64,000 nucleotides of DNA from an uncultured delta proteobacterium (GTDB taxonomy: Bacteria > Myxococcota_A > Polyangia > Polyangiales > Polyangiaceae): NCBI GenBank assembly GCA_963696385.1, contig CAVOKF010000003.1, forward strand, positions 288,001 to 352,000. Reading direction: 5' to 3'. The first letter of the stretch is position 1, and each line of letters begins with the position of its first letter. The position numbers were made by a program, and so were the translations under genes. The notes below the pieces were generated by a model. It ran no database searches. It was not told the origin of the DNA and saw only the letters and a list, made by a program, of their open reading frames with translations. Positions 9,266 to 19,183 of the stretch are shown here, in pieces.

Positions 9266-10846
9266 TCACTCCGCGTGCAGGGAAGATGCGGACCGCGCGG
9301 CCGGCGCGTCGACCGCGAGCTGCGCGCGGATCTGGCTCAACTTGGTCCACGGCGCCTCATAGCCGAGCGCCAGAGCGAGGTCGGCTACCTGCTTCCAGGC
9401 CGGCTTGCTGGCCCCCTGCGGCTCGATCGCCTTCTCGCTCGCCTGACGCAGACCTCGGGCGTTTACGTACGTCGCCGCGTGCTCCGCCCAGGACGTCGCG
9501 GGCAACAGAACCGTCGCGACCGCCGTCAAAGGACCGTCGTGAGCGGCAATCACGACGATGGTCGCACGCCGTATCGGCTCGATGTCGGCCGACACGACGC
9601 CTCCGAGCGCGATGATGTGGGTCACGCGCCCCGCCGTGACCTCGTCGGCGAGGGCGCCGATCTCGAGGACGCCTGAAGCCAAGAGCTGGACCCCCCTCGT
9701 ATTCGGGTTTTTGTCGCGATGAATGAGGATGTCGTCTTCGTACCCGTCCGGTTTGCCGCTCACGAAAAAGCGTTTCGTACCCATGAGAGCGCCAAGCTGA
9801 AGCAGCGCCCAATTGTCTTCCAACGAGTGCTGCGCGGACAGCACCAGGGCAACCGACTCCTTCGACGCCTCGGCGAAGAGCGAGTTCGCCCGCTCGAGAG
9901 CGCGCGCGGTCGAAGTCGACACCCCCTGAATCTTCGACTCGAGCACGCGTCCGTCGTGGGCGTCCTTGTACGTGAGCATTCCGTCGTCACACATCCAGAA
10001 CTTGTTCACCTTCTCGTTGTCCCGCGGTCGGTAGCGATACGCGCGGTTGTTGCGCGGGTCGTAGTCGAGATGCGCGTTGCATCCCGTTGCGCAGCCTTGG
10101 CACACCGAAGACGCCGTGCGCAAAAACCAAACACGCGCCTTGAAACGGAAGTCCTTGGTCGTCAGCGCTCCGACGGGGCAGACATGCTCGGTCATGAAGG
10201 TGTAGTGGCCGTCGAGCTGTCGCCCCGGGGCCACCATAATTTCGTTCAAGTTGCCGCGCTCGCGCATGTCGAGCACAGGATCCTTGGCCACTTCGGCCAT
10301 GAATCGGATGCACCGCGTACACATGACGCAACGTTCTCCGTCGTAAACAATCGTCGGCCCGAAAACGACCGCCTTCGGCTTATGAACGGGCTCGTCGCGC
10401 ATGCGCTTTTGATACTTGCCATGCTCGAGCCAGTAGTCCTGCAACTTGCATTCACCCGACTGGTCGCAAATAGGACAATCGACCGGGTGGTTGAGGAGCA
10501 GAAACTCCTGCACGTCGCGTCGTGCCTCGCGAACGTGATCGCTCGTATCCCCCAATACCTCCATGCCATCGACCGCCGACGTGTAGCATGCCGGTTGCAA
10601 TTTCGGCTTCTGCCGCGTGCGGTACGCACCGGACTTTGAGTCCCATTCCAGGATGTCGAGCATCGGAGGTCGCGTTCCCGGCTTGGGCGCGATTTCGACG
10701 AGACACATGCGACAGTTCGCGGGCGCCGAGAGTCCGGGATGCCAGCAATAGTGAGGAATCTCGATCCCCTGCCGCCATGCCGCCTTGATGATCGTGTCGC
10801 CGGGCTCGAAGGGGATTGCGTGGCCGTCGAGTTTGAATGTGGGCAT
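9266..10846 (-). CDS. nuoG: NADH-quinone oxidoreductase subunit G (short form, 526 aa)
   Basis: IPHYCWHPGLS..NCRMCLVE, LLNHPVDCPICDQSGECKLQD, CVMCTRCIRF, CQGCATGC. Confidence 0.92.
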   Translation of the reverse strand: MPTFKLDGHAIPFEPGDTIIKAAWRQGIEIPHYCWHPGLSAPANCRMCLVEIAPKPGTRPPMLDILEWDSKSGAYRTRQKPKLQPACYTSAVDGMEVLGDTSDHVREARRDVQEFLLLNHPVDCPICDQSGECKLQDYWLEHGKYQKRMRDEPVHKPKAVVFGPTIVYDGERCVMCTRCIRFMAEVAKDPVLDMRERGNLNEIMVAPGRQLDGHYTFMTEHVCPVGALTTKDFRFKARVWFLRTASSVCQGCATGCNAHLDYDPRNNRAYRYRPRDNEKVNKFWMCDDGMLTYKDAHDGRVLESKIQGVSTSTARALERANSLFAEASKESVALVLSAQHSLEDNWALLQLGALMGTKRFFVSGKPDGYEDDILIHRDKNPNTRGVQLLASGVLEIGALADEVTAGRVTHIIALGGVVSADIEPIRRATIVVIAAHDGPLTAVATVLLPATSWAEHAATYVNARGLRQASEKAIEPQGASKPAWKQVADLALALGYEAPWTKLSQIRAQLAVDAPAARSASSLHAE

Positions 10847-11035
10847 TCGCGTTTTCCGCTGGGGGACGCGCTTTGCGGCCCCGGTCCGTAGGTCCTCGGG
10901 ACGGCAGAAGCCGCCTCCGTTCGTGGGTGCTCTAGGGCGGGCCGATCCGCCGATTCGTGGAGCGCTTCGCGGCGGCGGAGCCGTTGCCCTCTCTTGTTGC
11001 TTCGGAACCGTGAAGCCGCCGCCGTTGCGAGGTCG

Positions 11036-12250
11036 TCAATGATCGCACTCTCCACCGACCATATTGAGCGAGCCAAACGTGGGGACGATGTCGCTCAACA
11101 TTCGGCCCTCGAGCAATTTGAATAGACCACCTGTAATCTGAAAACATGGAGGACGGATCCGCACGCGATACGGCGTCCCTGTACCATCCGACACGAGGTA
11201 GTAACCGAGCTCGCCGTTGGCCGCTTCCGTGTACGAGTATGTCTCGCCTTTCGGGATCTTCGCGCCCTCCATGATCAGCTTGAAATGCTGTATGGTGGCC
11301 TCAATCGTCGTGTACACATCCATCTTGTTCGGAAGGACGAAGCGCGGATCGTCGCAGTTGATTGGGCCTTCGTCCGCCATGCGGTCGAGCGATTGATCGA
11401 TGATGCGTTTCGCTTGGCGAATTTCTCCGAGACGGACCAGAAAGCGATCGAGTGTGTCGCCCCGCGTTCCAACCGGGACATCAAAGTCGACCTCGTCGTA
11501 CTTGAGATAGGGGTGTGCCTTTCGCACGTCGTAGGGAACGCCACTGGCGCGAAGGCAAGGCCCCGTCCAACCGAGCGCCACGGCATCGGCCGCTTTCATC
11601 GTCCCAACGCTCTCGACACGGTCGAGAAAGATGCGGTTTCTCAGCAGCATCTTTTCGCCCTCTTCGACGAGCGCTACGATTTTCGGGAGCGCCGCTCGGC
11701 AGAGCCCCTTGAAGTCGCGGCTGGGCGGTTGGGCCATTCCACCAACCCGGCCGAACGAGTGGGTGAGGCGCGCACCGGTTTCCTCTTCGAGGATGTCCCA
11801 AACCATCTCGCGCGCCTTCACGAACCACAGAAATGGAGTGAATGCCCCGAGCTCCATGGCGATGGCGCCGTCGCATGTCAGATGGTCGCTGATCCGCGCG
11901 AGTTCGCCGAGAATCATCCGGTACCACTGACACCGATCGGGAACAACGAGCCCGCACAGCTTCTCGACCGCCAGCGCGTATCCGACGTTGTTCAACATCG
12001 GCGACACGTAGTTCAGGCGATCGACATACGGGAAGACTTGCGCCCAAGTCCCCCGCTCGCACATCTTCTCGAAGCCCCGATGCAAGTACCCGATCTGCAC
12101 GTCCGTCTTGAGGATGGTCTCACCGGAAAGCTCGAGCACGATACGAACGGTGCCATGCATCGCCGGATGCGAAGGGCCCATGTTCAAGTGCATGGGCTCC
12201 GCGGGCAGCTCGAGTTCGCCCTCCTCGAAATCGATATCCAGGGGTTCCAT
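11036..12250 (-). CDS. nuoD: NADH-quinone oxidoreductase subunit D
   Basis: NMGPSHPAMHGTVR, GYLHRGFEK, DRLNY, GELGYYLVSDG..PYRVRIRPP, GECDH. Confidence 0.97.
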   Translation of the reverse strand: MEPLDIDFEEGELELPAEPMHLNMGPSHPAMHGTVRIVLELSGETILKTDVQIGYLHRGFEKMCERGTWAQVFPYVDRLNYVSPMLNNVGYALAVEKLCGLVVPDRCQWYRMILGELARISDHLTCDGAIAMELGAFTPFLWFVKAREMVWDILEEETGARLTHSFGRVGGMAQPPSRDFKGLCRAALPKIVALVEEGEKMLLRNRIFLDRVESVGTMKAADAVALGWTGPCLRASGVPYDVRKAHPYLKYDEVDFDVPVGTRGDTLDRFLVRLGEIRQAKRIIDQSLDRMADEGPINCDDPRFVLPNKMDVYTTIEATIQHFKLIMEGAKIPKGETYSYTEAANGELGYYLVSDGTGTPYRVRIRPPCFQITGGLFKLLEGRMLSDIVPTFGSLNMVGGECDH

Positions 12251-12253
12251 GGG

Positions 12254-12841
12254 TCAGTTTTCCTCGAGACGAGGCGAACCGGCACGCCCGAACGGCATAC
12301 CTTCGTCGGGACCAAATGGCTCGAGCTTGTTGAGCGGCACTCCGGCCTCGTCCTCCGTGCGATACGCCACGAGCGGTTGCGTCCGGTCGGCAGGATACGT
12401 CTTTTGCAGCGGATGCCCTTCGAACTCCGGATACATGAGAATGCGCCGCATGTCCGGGTGCCCGCGGAACCGAACCCCACTCATGTCCCACACCTCGCGC
12501 TCCAACCAATTCATTCCCGCCCAGATCGACGTGACACTGTCGAGCTCCGCTCCGTCCATATCCTCGTCGCCGACGCGCGCTTTCACCCGAACACGGTGCC
12601 GCTTCGAAATCGAATAAAGGTGCATCACGACTTCGGTTCGGGGAATGCGGTCCGGATAATCGACGCCGCAAAGGTCGACGGGCAGATCGAAATCGAGCGT
12701 CGGCTCCTCGCGCAAGAACTGGGCGATGGCCTTCCACTGGCTCGGTTCCACGACGGCGGTGTCATCGCCGAAATCCGAATGAGTCTCGAGAATCGAAGTC
12801 CCAAAACGGGACCTGAGCGCGTCCAGAACGTACTGACTCAC
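12254..12841 (-). CDS. nuoC: NADH-quinone oxidoreductase subunit C
   Basis: DLCGVDY, WLEREVWDMSGVRFRGHPDMRRILM, GHPLQKTYP. The GTG start at 12841 overlaps the nuoB stop (GTGA). Confidence 0.93.
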   Translation of the reverse strand: MSQYVLDALRSRFGTSILETHSDFGDDTAVVEPSQWKAIAQFLREEPTLDFDLPVDLCGVDYPDRIPRTEVVMHLYSISKRHRVRVKARVGDEDMDGAELDSVTSIWAGMNWLEREVWDMSGVRFRGHPDMRRILMYPEFEGHPLQKTYPADRTQPLVAYRTEDEAGVPLNKLEPFGPDEGMPFGRAGSPRLEEN

Positions 12842-13494
12842 CGAGTGCCTCCGCGAACGGAAGGGACCGTTGCCAAAGTTTCCGACGCCGTCTTCTCCCG
12901 GGCCTCGAGAATGGGCACCAGATCTCGTGGATCGACGGCGGAACGGCGCAGTCTCACCAAATCGTCGACGTCTCGAACGGGGTCGAACCGAGGCTTCACG
13001 ACGCCAGGGCGCTTCTCGTTCCGAGCGATCTTGTCCTGCAGAAGCATCAGACCGTCGAGCACGGCCTCGGGACGGGGGGGGCACCCCGGGATATACACGT
13101 CCGTCGGGATGATTTTGTCGATTCCGGGCACCGTCGTGTAGTTGTCGTAAAAGCCACCGCTCGAGGCGCACGTTCCGAAAGCCATGACGTATTTCGGCGA
13201 CATCATTTGCTCGTAGATCCGGCGGAGGGCGGGCCCTTGCCGTTGACTTATCGTGCCGACCACCCACAACAAGTCGGCCTGGCGTGGTGAAAACCGCGGC
13301 GCCTCCGCCCCAAAGCGTGCCAGATCGAAGCGCGGACTGTTGACAGCCATGAACTCCATGCCGCAACACGCCGTCACGAACGGGTAGGCAAAGAGCGAAT
13401 ATTTACGAGCCCAGCCGAGGAGCGCGTCGACCTTCGTCGTCGCGAAGCCCTGTTCGCTGCCCGAAACCGTAAGCGAACGATTCAGGTCTCCCAT
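12838..13494 (-). CDS. nuoB: NADH-quinone oxidoreductase subunit B
   Basis: TACCGMEFM, SPRQADLL, GTCASSGG, DVYIPGCPPRPEA. Confidence 0.97.
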   Translation of the reverse strand: MGDLNRSLTVSGSEQGFATTKVDALLGWARKYSLFAYPFVTACCGMEFMAVNSPRFDLARFGAEAPRFSPRQADLLWVVGTISQRQGPALRRIYEQMMSPKYVMAFGTCASSGGFYDNYTTVPGIDKIIPTDVYIPGCPPRPEAVLDGLMLLQDKIARNEKRPGVVKPRFDPVRDVDDLVRLRRSAVDPRDLVPILEAREKTASETLATVPSVRGGTR

Positions 13495-13844
13495 TCGAGC
13501 GCCCCTTTTTTCCAAACGTAGACAAGCGCAACGACGATGACCGACAGGAAACTCACCATTTCGGCCAGCCCGAACCAGCCGAGCTCACGAAAGTGAACGG
13601 CCCACGGATAAACGAACACCGATTCGATGTCGAAGACCACGAACAAGATGGCGGTCAAATAGAACTTGACAGAAAGCTTGACGTCGCGACCGCCGACGCT
13701 TTCGCTACCACATTCGAACGGAGCGTACTTTTCGGCGGTCGGCTTCTTGTCGCGACCAAGAAAGGTCGCGAGTCCCCAAAACAAGGACGCGACGGCGCCC
13801 GCAGTGAGCAACATCAGAAACATCGGCAAGTAGGCAGCGATCAT
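13482..13844 (-). CDS. nuoA: NADH-quinone oxidoreductase subunit A
   Basis: PFECG, KFYLTAILFVVFDIE, YVWKKGALEW; three TM helices. Confidence 0.96.
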   Translation of the reverse strand: MIAAYLPMFLMLLTAGAVASLFWGLATFLGRDKKPTAEKYAPFECGSESVGGRDVKLSVKFYLTAILFVVFDIESVFVYPWAVHFRELGWFGLAEMVSFLSVIVVALVYVWKKGALEWET

Positions 13845-14059
13845 TCGCTCGTCCCGACAGGCGTCGCGCGCGAAAGACGCACGATAAAAGCCGCTCGGAT
13901 TTGTAGTGCCAGCCGCCGCATGTGTCAACGACCGGTCCCCAGCCGCACTCGAGGTGGCGGCGGCTTCTCGGCGATCCTCTCGGCCCTCGCCTGCCCGCCG
14001 GAGCGGCGCTCACTTGGACGTCGCGCCGGAACGGATCCGTGCCCGGCGTACCCGGCTCG

Positions 14060-16822
14060 TCACGCTGCGGCGGTCCTCGCGAGTCGGACGTCCATCCAGA
14101 CCGCGAGCGCCAACACGACGCCGCGCGCAATGAATTTGAGCTCCGGAGACACCGCCAAAAGGGTCATCCCGTTCAAAAGCGTGGCCATAATCAGTGCCCC
14201 GAACATCACGCCCAGGACCGTCCCACGGCCACCTCGCAGGCTCGTTCCGCCGATGACGCAGGCTGCGACGGCGTCGAGCTCCATCAGGCTGCCGACGGTC
14301 GTCGTTGAGGCTCCGGCGTACGCCGTTTCGAGAAGTCCGGTCAGCGCGACGATGACGCCCATTGCGCCGAACGCTAGGATCACGGTTCGGTCGACCGCGA
14401 TTCCCGAAACCATCGCGGCCTCCTCGTTGCCTCCGATCGCGTAAAGATGGCGGCCGAAAGGCGTGTCGCGGAGCAGAACGGCCATCGCCCAGGCCACCGC
14501 GCCGAGAATGATGGCCGCCAGCGGAAGTCCGCGATAACGGTTTGCCACGAGGACGAACAGGAAGAGCGCCTGCGCCGTCGTCAGGATCTTGAGTTGCGCG
14601 ATCTCCGAATCCTCCACACGAACGTTGAGCGCACGTCGACGCCGTCGAGACCGGATCTGCACCGTCGCCAGGACGACCACGACGACCGTGGCGAGCGCCA
14701 GCCCCACGGGTCGTGAGAAGTAGTACGTCGTCAACAGCGAGAAGGCGTTGCTCGTCCCTCCCCTCGCGACCGGAACGGTGGCGTTCTGGATGACCAACCA
14801 GTGGAGCCCTTTGAACACCAGAAGTCCTCCCAGCGTGATGATGAACGACGGCACCCGCTGTTTCACGATGAGGCCGCCCATGGCCAGCCACACACCAATC
14901 CCGAGCGCGACGACAACGGCCATCGCGACCGGCGCAGGCCAACGGTGCTGGAAGACCAAGACGCTTGCGACGGCGCCGAGCAGGCCAACGCCGCTGCCGA
15001 CCGAAAGGTCAATCTGGCCCGCAATGATGACGAGGAGCATGCCGAGGGCAAGCACAGCCGTAATCGAGAGCTCGATGACCAGCATCGTTAGGTTTCGCGG
15101 TCCCAAGAACGACGGAGCTCGCGCCGTGAAATAGGTGACAATCGCGGCCAAGGCGATCACCATCGAAAAATCACGCGTCGACAGACGATTCGCCATTGGC
15201 CTCAACTCCGAAGGAGGAATGTCTTCTTTGTTTGCGCTCGACAGACGGTCGGGCCTCGAGTCCGTCCGGGAAATGGGGCCCCGTGTCTCGACGGTTGCTT
15301 GCGCCATCGGATTCTGATCCATAGCCGCGGCGAGCACCGTCTCAGGCGTGGCGGCCGCGCGGTCGAACACGCCCGTAATCGAACCCTCGTGCAAGACGAC
15401 GAGGCGGTCGGACATTCCCATGAGCTCTGGCAACTCACTCGAGACCAGCACCACCGCCTTGCCCTCATCCGTCAAGCGGTTCACGAGCTGGTAGACGTCG
15501 ACTTTGGCCGCGACGTCAATGCCGCGCGTCGGCTCGTCCAAGAGGACGACCTTCGGCTCGATGATCAAGGCCTTTCCCAGAACGACCTTTTGTTGATTGC
15601 CCCCTGACAGATCGCCGACTCGACCGTCGAGGTCCCGCGCTTTGATGCGGAGCGATTCGAACAACGGCGTCACGGCTCGCCGTTCTTCGGGTTGGTCGAT
15701 GAACCCCCACGGAGCAAACCGATCGACCACCGATAGCGATAGGTTGAACGCAACGCTCTGGTCGAGCACGAGTCCGAAACGCTTTCGGTCCTCGCTCACG
15801 AGCACCATGCCTGTCGCCATCGAATCACGCGGGGATCCGGCCGCCACTCGACATCCGTCGACGAAGACGCATCCCGCCCGGCGAGAACCCCAGACTCCGA
15901 ACAAGTGCATCAGGAGCTCCGTGCGTCCCGCACCCATCAAGCCACCGATTCCGAGCACTTCCCCGGCGCGCACGTCGAACGAAATGTTTCTCAGGGCGAG
16001 CGGTCCCCGCGCTCGCGCCGCGACGTCGAGCGATTCGACGCGCAGAAGCGACCGTCCGAAGCTTTTTGCTCGACGAGGAAATAGCTCTCGGATCTCGCGC
16101 CCGACCATGTGACGAATGACTTCGTCGGCGTTCGTCGACATCGTGTCGAGAGTGACGATGCTACGGCCGTCGCGCAGGACTGTGATGCGATCGGCCAGCG
16201 CAAACACCTCGTCGAGCTTGTGCGATACATAAACACAGGCCACACCGCGGCGCCTAAGATCGCGTAGGATGTCGAGGAGAGCCGCAACCTCATGATCCGC
16301 GAGCGCGGCGGTTGGCTCGTCCAAGATGAGGACGCGTGACTTCCTGCGTAGAGCCCGAACGATCTCCACGAGCTGCTTTCGTCCGACACCGAGCGTCCCA
16401 AGCGGCGCTTGAACGTCGACTTCGATGCGAAAGTGCGCGAAGACCCCTGCGGCCTCGCCGTACATCCGGTCCCAGTCGATCCGCGGGCCACGACGCGGTT
16501 CGTCCCCCAGAAAGACATTCTCCGCGACGGTCATTTCATCGACCAACGCCAGCTCTTGGTGAACGACGGCGATACCCGCGCGTTCCGCGTCGCGAACCGA
16601 CCCAAATCGGGCCGGTTTGCCCTCGATCGACAGCGATCCACCGAACGCATCGGCGGCGTAAACGCCGCCGATGACTCGGATGAGCGTCGACTTGCCAGCT
16701 CCGTTTTCGCCCACGAGCGCGTGAATCTCGCCGGCGCGCAAGTCGAATGTCACTCCGTCGAGAGCGACGACGCCGCCGAAACGCTTGACGATGCCATCGG
16801 CGCGAAAGAGAGGACCGTTCAC
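14060..16822 (-). CDS. Fused sugar ABC transporter ATPase (XylG-like, two NBDs) and permease (XylH-like)
   Basis: GENGAGKST, ILDEPT, LSGGNQQKV and LDEPTRGIDV are followed in frame, with no stop, by permease motifs IDLSVGS, FGRHLYAIGGNEEAA and ELDAVAACVIGGTSL. Confidence 0.9.
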   Translation of the reverse strand: MNGPLFRADGIVKRFGGVVALDGVTFDLRAGEIHALVGENGAGKSTLIRVIGGVYAADAFGGSLSIEGKPARFGSVRDAERAGIAVVHQELALVDEMTVAENVFLGDEPRRGPRIDWDRMYGEAAGVFAHFRIEVDVQAPLGTLGVGRKQLVEIVRALRRKSRVLILDEPTAALADHEVAALLDILRDLRRRGVACVYVSHKLDEVFALADRITVLRDGRSIVTLDTMSTNADEVIRHMVGREIRELFPRRAKSFGRSLLRVESLDVAARARGPLALRNISFDVRAGEVLGIGGLMGAGRTELLMHLFGVWGSRRAGCVFVDGCRVAAGSPRDSMATGMVLVSEDRKRFGLVLDQSVAFNLSLSVVDRFAPWGFIDQPEERRAVTPLFESLRIKARDLDGRVGDLSGGNQQKVVLGKALIIEPKVVLLDEPTRGIDVAAKVDVYQLVNRLTDEGKAVVLVSSELPELMGMSDRLVVLHEGSITGVFDRAAATPETVLAAAMDQNPMAQATVETRGPISRTDSRPDRLSSANKEDIPPSELRPMANRLSTRDFSMVIALAAIVTYFTARAPSFLGPRNLTMLVIELSITAVLALGMLLVIIAGQIDLSVGSGVGLLGAVASVLVFQHRWPAPVAMAVVVALGIGVWLAMGGLIVKQRVPSFIITLGGLLVFKGLHWLVIQNATVPVARGGTSNAFSLLTTYYFSRPVGLALATVVVVVLATVQIRSRRRRRALNVRVEDSEIAQLKILTTAQALFLFVLVANRYRGLPLAAIILGAVAWAMAVLLRDTPFGRHLYAIGGNEEAAMVSGIAVDRTVILAFGAMGVIVALTGLLETAYAGASTTTVGSLMELDAVAACVIGGTSLRGGRGTVLGVMFGALIMATLLNGMTLLAVSPELKFIARGVVLALAVWMDVRLARTAAA

Positions 16823-17883
16823 CGCACCCCGCCGTACACGTCTTGTTGCGAAAGGAACCCGTCGCGAACGACCGTATCCATCATATTGTCGCGGGTGGCG
16901 ACGATGACGTCCTCGAGCACCGACGGAACCTCAAAGGCGCCGTTGTTGACGGTCTGGTGCGCGACGACAACGCGGCGCCTCGCCATCCGAACCGCTAGAT
17001 CGACCGCAGCGTCGGCGAGCCTCTCGATCGGCTTGTAAACCGTCATCGCTTGTGTACCCGCGACGATCCGCTGACACGCGACGAGCTCAGCGTCCTGCCC
17101 CGTGACGACCACCTTGCCGGCAAGTCCTTCCTCCGAGAGCGCTTGAATGGCACCACCGGCGGTCCCGTCGTTGGAGGCCAGGATGGCGTCGATGGCGGTT
17201 CCGTGTTGCGAGATCGCCGCGTTAACGATCTTTTTCGCGTTTTCCGGCTTCCAGTCTTCGGCCCAATCCTCTTGGACGACCAGGATATCGTGACGCTCGA
17301 TGTACGGGCGCAGAACGTTGTCCTGTCCCTGCTTGAACAGGTGAGCGTTGTTGTCCCCCTTCGAGCCGTAAATCCGAACGATTCGGCCTTTACCTGGGGT
17401 TGGCAAATGCGAAACGAGATACTCGGCCTGGAGCTCTCCGACGCGTACATTGTCGAAAGAAACGTAGAGGTCGACGTCGGCGTCGCGGATCATGCGATCG
17501 TAGGCGATGACGGGGACCCCGGACTCATGAGCCATCGTCACGGCTTTGCTCATGGCCATGCCATCGTGGGGAACGACGATGAGAACATTCACCCGACGCG
17601 TCAACAGGGCCTGAACGTCAGCGATTTGACGAGCGTCGTCGCTGTTGGCCGATTGCACCAGGATATCGGCCCCGAGCGATGCCGCGCGCGAGAGCATGCG
17701 ATCGCGGTCCCGTTGCCATCGCGCTTCCTTGAGCGTGTCCATCGACAAGCCGATCGTCACACGATCCGCGGAGGATGGAGCCCCTTCGGCCGCGCTCGAG
17801 GGACTGCGCCCGTGACCGAGAGCGAGGCCAATGGCCACGCTGAGTGCCAAAGACAGCACCATAAGCCCAACTCGTGCGTTCAT
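16819..17883 (-). CDS. xylF: D-xylose-type ABC transporter substrate-binding protein
   Basis: IGLSMDTLKEARWQRDRD, VIAYDR, SFDNVRVGELQA, DNNA, ASNDGTAGGAIQAL, GQDAE, QAMTVYKPI; N-terminal signal. Confidence 0.85.
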   Translation of the reverse strand: MNARVGLMVLSLALSVAIGLALGHGRSPSSAAEGAPSSADRVTIGLSMDTLKEARWQRDRDRMLSRAASLGADILVQSANSDDARQIADVQALLTRRVNVLIVVPHDGMAMSKAVTMAHESGVPVIAYDRMIRDADVDLYVSFDNVRVGELQAEYLVSHLPTPGKGRIVRIYGSKGDNNAHLFKQGQDNVLRPYIERHDILVVQEDWAEDWKPENAKKIVNAAISQHGTAIDAILASNDGTAGGAIQALSEEGLAGKVVVTGQDAELVACQRIVAGTQAMTVYKPIERLADAAVDLAVRMARRRVVVAHQTVNNGAFEVPSVLEDVIVATRDNMMDTVVRDGFLSQQDVYGGVR

Positions 17884-17998
17884 TGTCTGCTTTCCGGAAC
17901 GGGAAGATTCGCTCCATCCGTCGACGTGTGGCCAGGCGCGTTTTGCCGCCACGGCCCCGAACTTCATTTTTGTCGCCTCTGCAGAAACGCTCGAGCGG

Positions 17999-19141
17999 CT
18001 ACCTCGACGGTGAACCGGCGTGGCCGACGATGCGGGCCTTCCACGCCGTCAGCGGGACCCCCAAGGCCCCCTCGGTCGTCCGGAGTTCGTCGGCAATCTC
18101 GCGTTCGTTTACGCCGGAATCCAGTGCCTCCCGAAGGCACGCGTAGGCCGCCACCCACTTTTTGCGCTTGATGAGAGCGCGGGCCAAGGTCGGCATCAGC
18201 ACACCGGTAGGACCCCCAAATGCCACGGCCCGGCGCAGCGGACCGATAGCCTCGCCCGCACGATCGTTTTGAAGAAGGGCTTCGCCGAGACGCCGAAATA
18301 GATCGGCCGCGGCAAGCCCTTCCTGGGCATACTGGATGCCGATACGGAACACTTCTTCCGCTTGTTCGAGCTCGCCGAGCGCGACGCATGCGCTGCCCAG
18401 AAGTCCGAGCCCCTTCGAGATGAGCGTCCTGGCGTCAGCGCCCAGCGTCTGGCCCTCGGGCGTCCGCAGGAAGATAGCGAGCGGCGCGGGCCATGTACCG
18501 AGCAGCTGAATGACCCTCGGCCACTCATTGCGAAGCGCGGCTGCCTCGGCCTCGGTGACGTTGGACAGGTCGATGGCGTTGCGCGAACCGTTCGTAAGCC
18601 GGTCGAGCTCCTCTCGAACCAGAGCGCGGATGCGAAATCGGAACGCGTCGAGATCGTGCGTTTCTTCCACGCCATCGTGCAGAACGACGAGATGGGGAGT
18701 TCCTCCCTCCTCCTCGAGCGCCAACCTGCGCAACGAATAGCCGTAGAGCGGCGCAAGTAGCAGATACCGGACGCCTATGTAAAGCTGAATGGCCTCGATC
18801 TCGGTATCCCGCGCGGGAGCCGGCGCCTCGTTGGTGTCTTCCACGAGAAGCGCACCGACGAGTCGCCTCCGAAAGTCGGCCAAGGTCAGTCGCTGAGGCT
18901 CTAGATTGTCCTCCGCGTCTCGGGCGCCGACGACGAAGTCGACGAGCGACAGATCCGGATTGCGGCGATCGACGGTGAGTGCCGTGATTCGAGCGCCGAC
19001 GATGACGGAAAAGGCGAAGAATCGCTCGCCGATGATTTCGCAGAGGGCCTGGAAAGAGCCGATCCCCTCCCCAATGCGCTCGAACCATCCATCGGTTCGG
19101 ACGGCTTCGAGCTCGAACTCTGGCGGCGTGTGAGCATCCAT
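17999..19141 (-). CDS. Hypothetical protein with C-terminal TPR-like repeats
   Basis: 380-aa ORF with natural composition. The C-terminal helical repeats (LGELEQAEEVFRIG; LGEALLQNDRAGEAIGPLRRA) look like TPRs. Confidence 0.75.
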   Translation of the reverse strand: MDAHTPPEFELEAVRTDGWFERIGEGIGSFQALCEIIGERFFAFSVIVGARITALTVDRRNPDLSLVDFVVGARDAEDNLEPQRLTLADFRRRLVGALLVEDTNEAPAPARDTEIEAIQLYIGVRYLLLAPLYGYSLRRLALEEEGGTPHLVVLHDGVEETHDLDAFRFRIRALVREELDRLTNGSRNAIDLSNVTEAEAAALRNEWPRVIQLLGTWPAPLAIFLRTPEGQTLGADARTLISKGLGLLGSACVALGELEQAEEVFRIGIQYAQEGLAAADLFRRLGEALLQNDRAGEAIGPLRRAVAFGGPTGVLMPTLARALIKRKKWVAAYACLREALDSGVNEREIADELRTTEGALGVPLTAWKARIVGHAGSPSR

Positions 19142-19183
19142 CGCAAAAATACGCGGACGCTGACAGTTAGCAGGTAAATGGCC

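Noticed and set aside
10847..11035. Possible structured RNA or nuoE/F remnant between nuoD and nuoG
   Set aside because: Only short GC-rich pairings; no recognisable riboswitch or coding remnant.
11285..13141. 618-aa plus-strand ORF
   Set aside because: Antisense shadow of nuoD/C/B caused by high-GC codon bias; no recognisable motifs.
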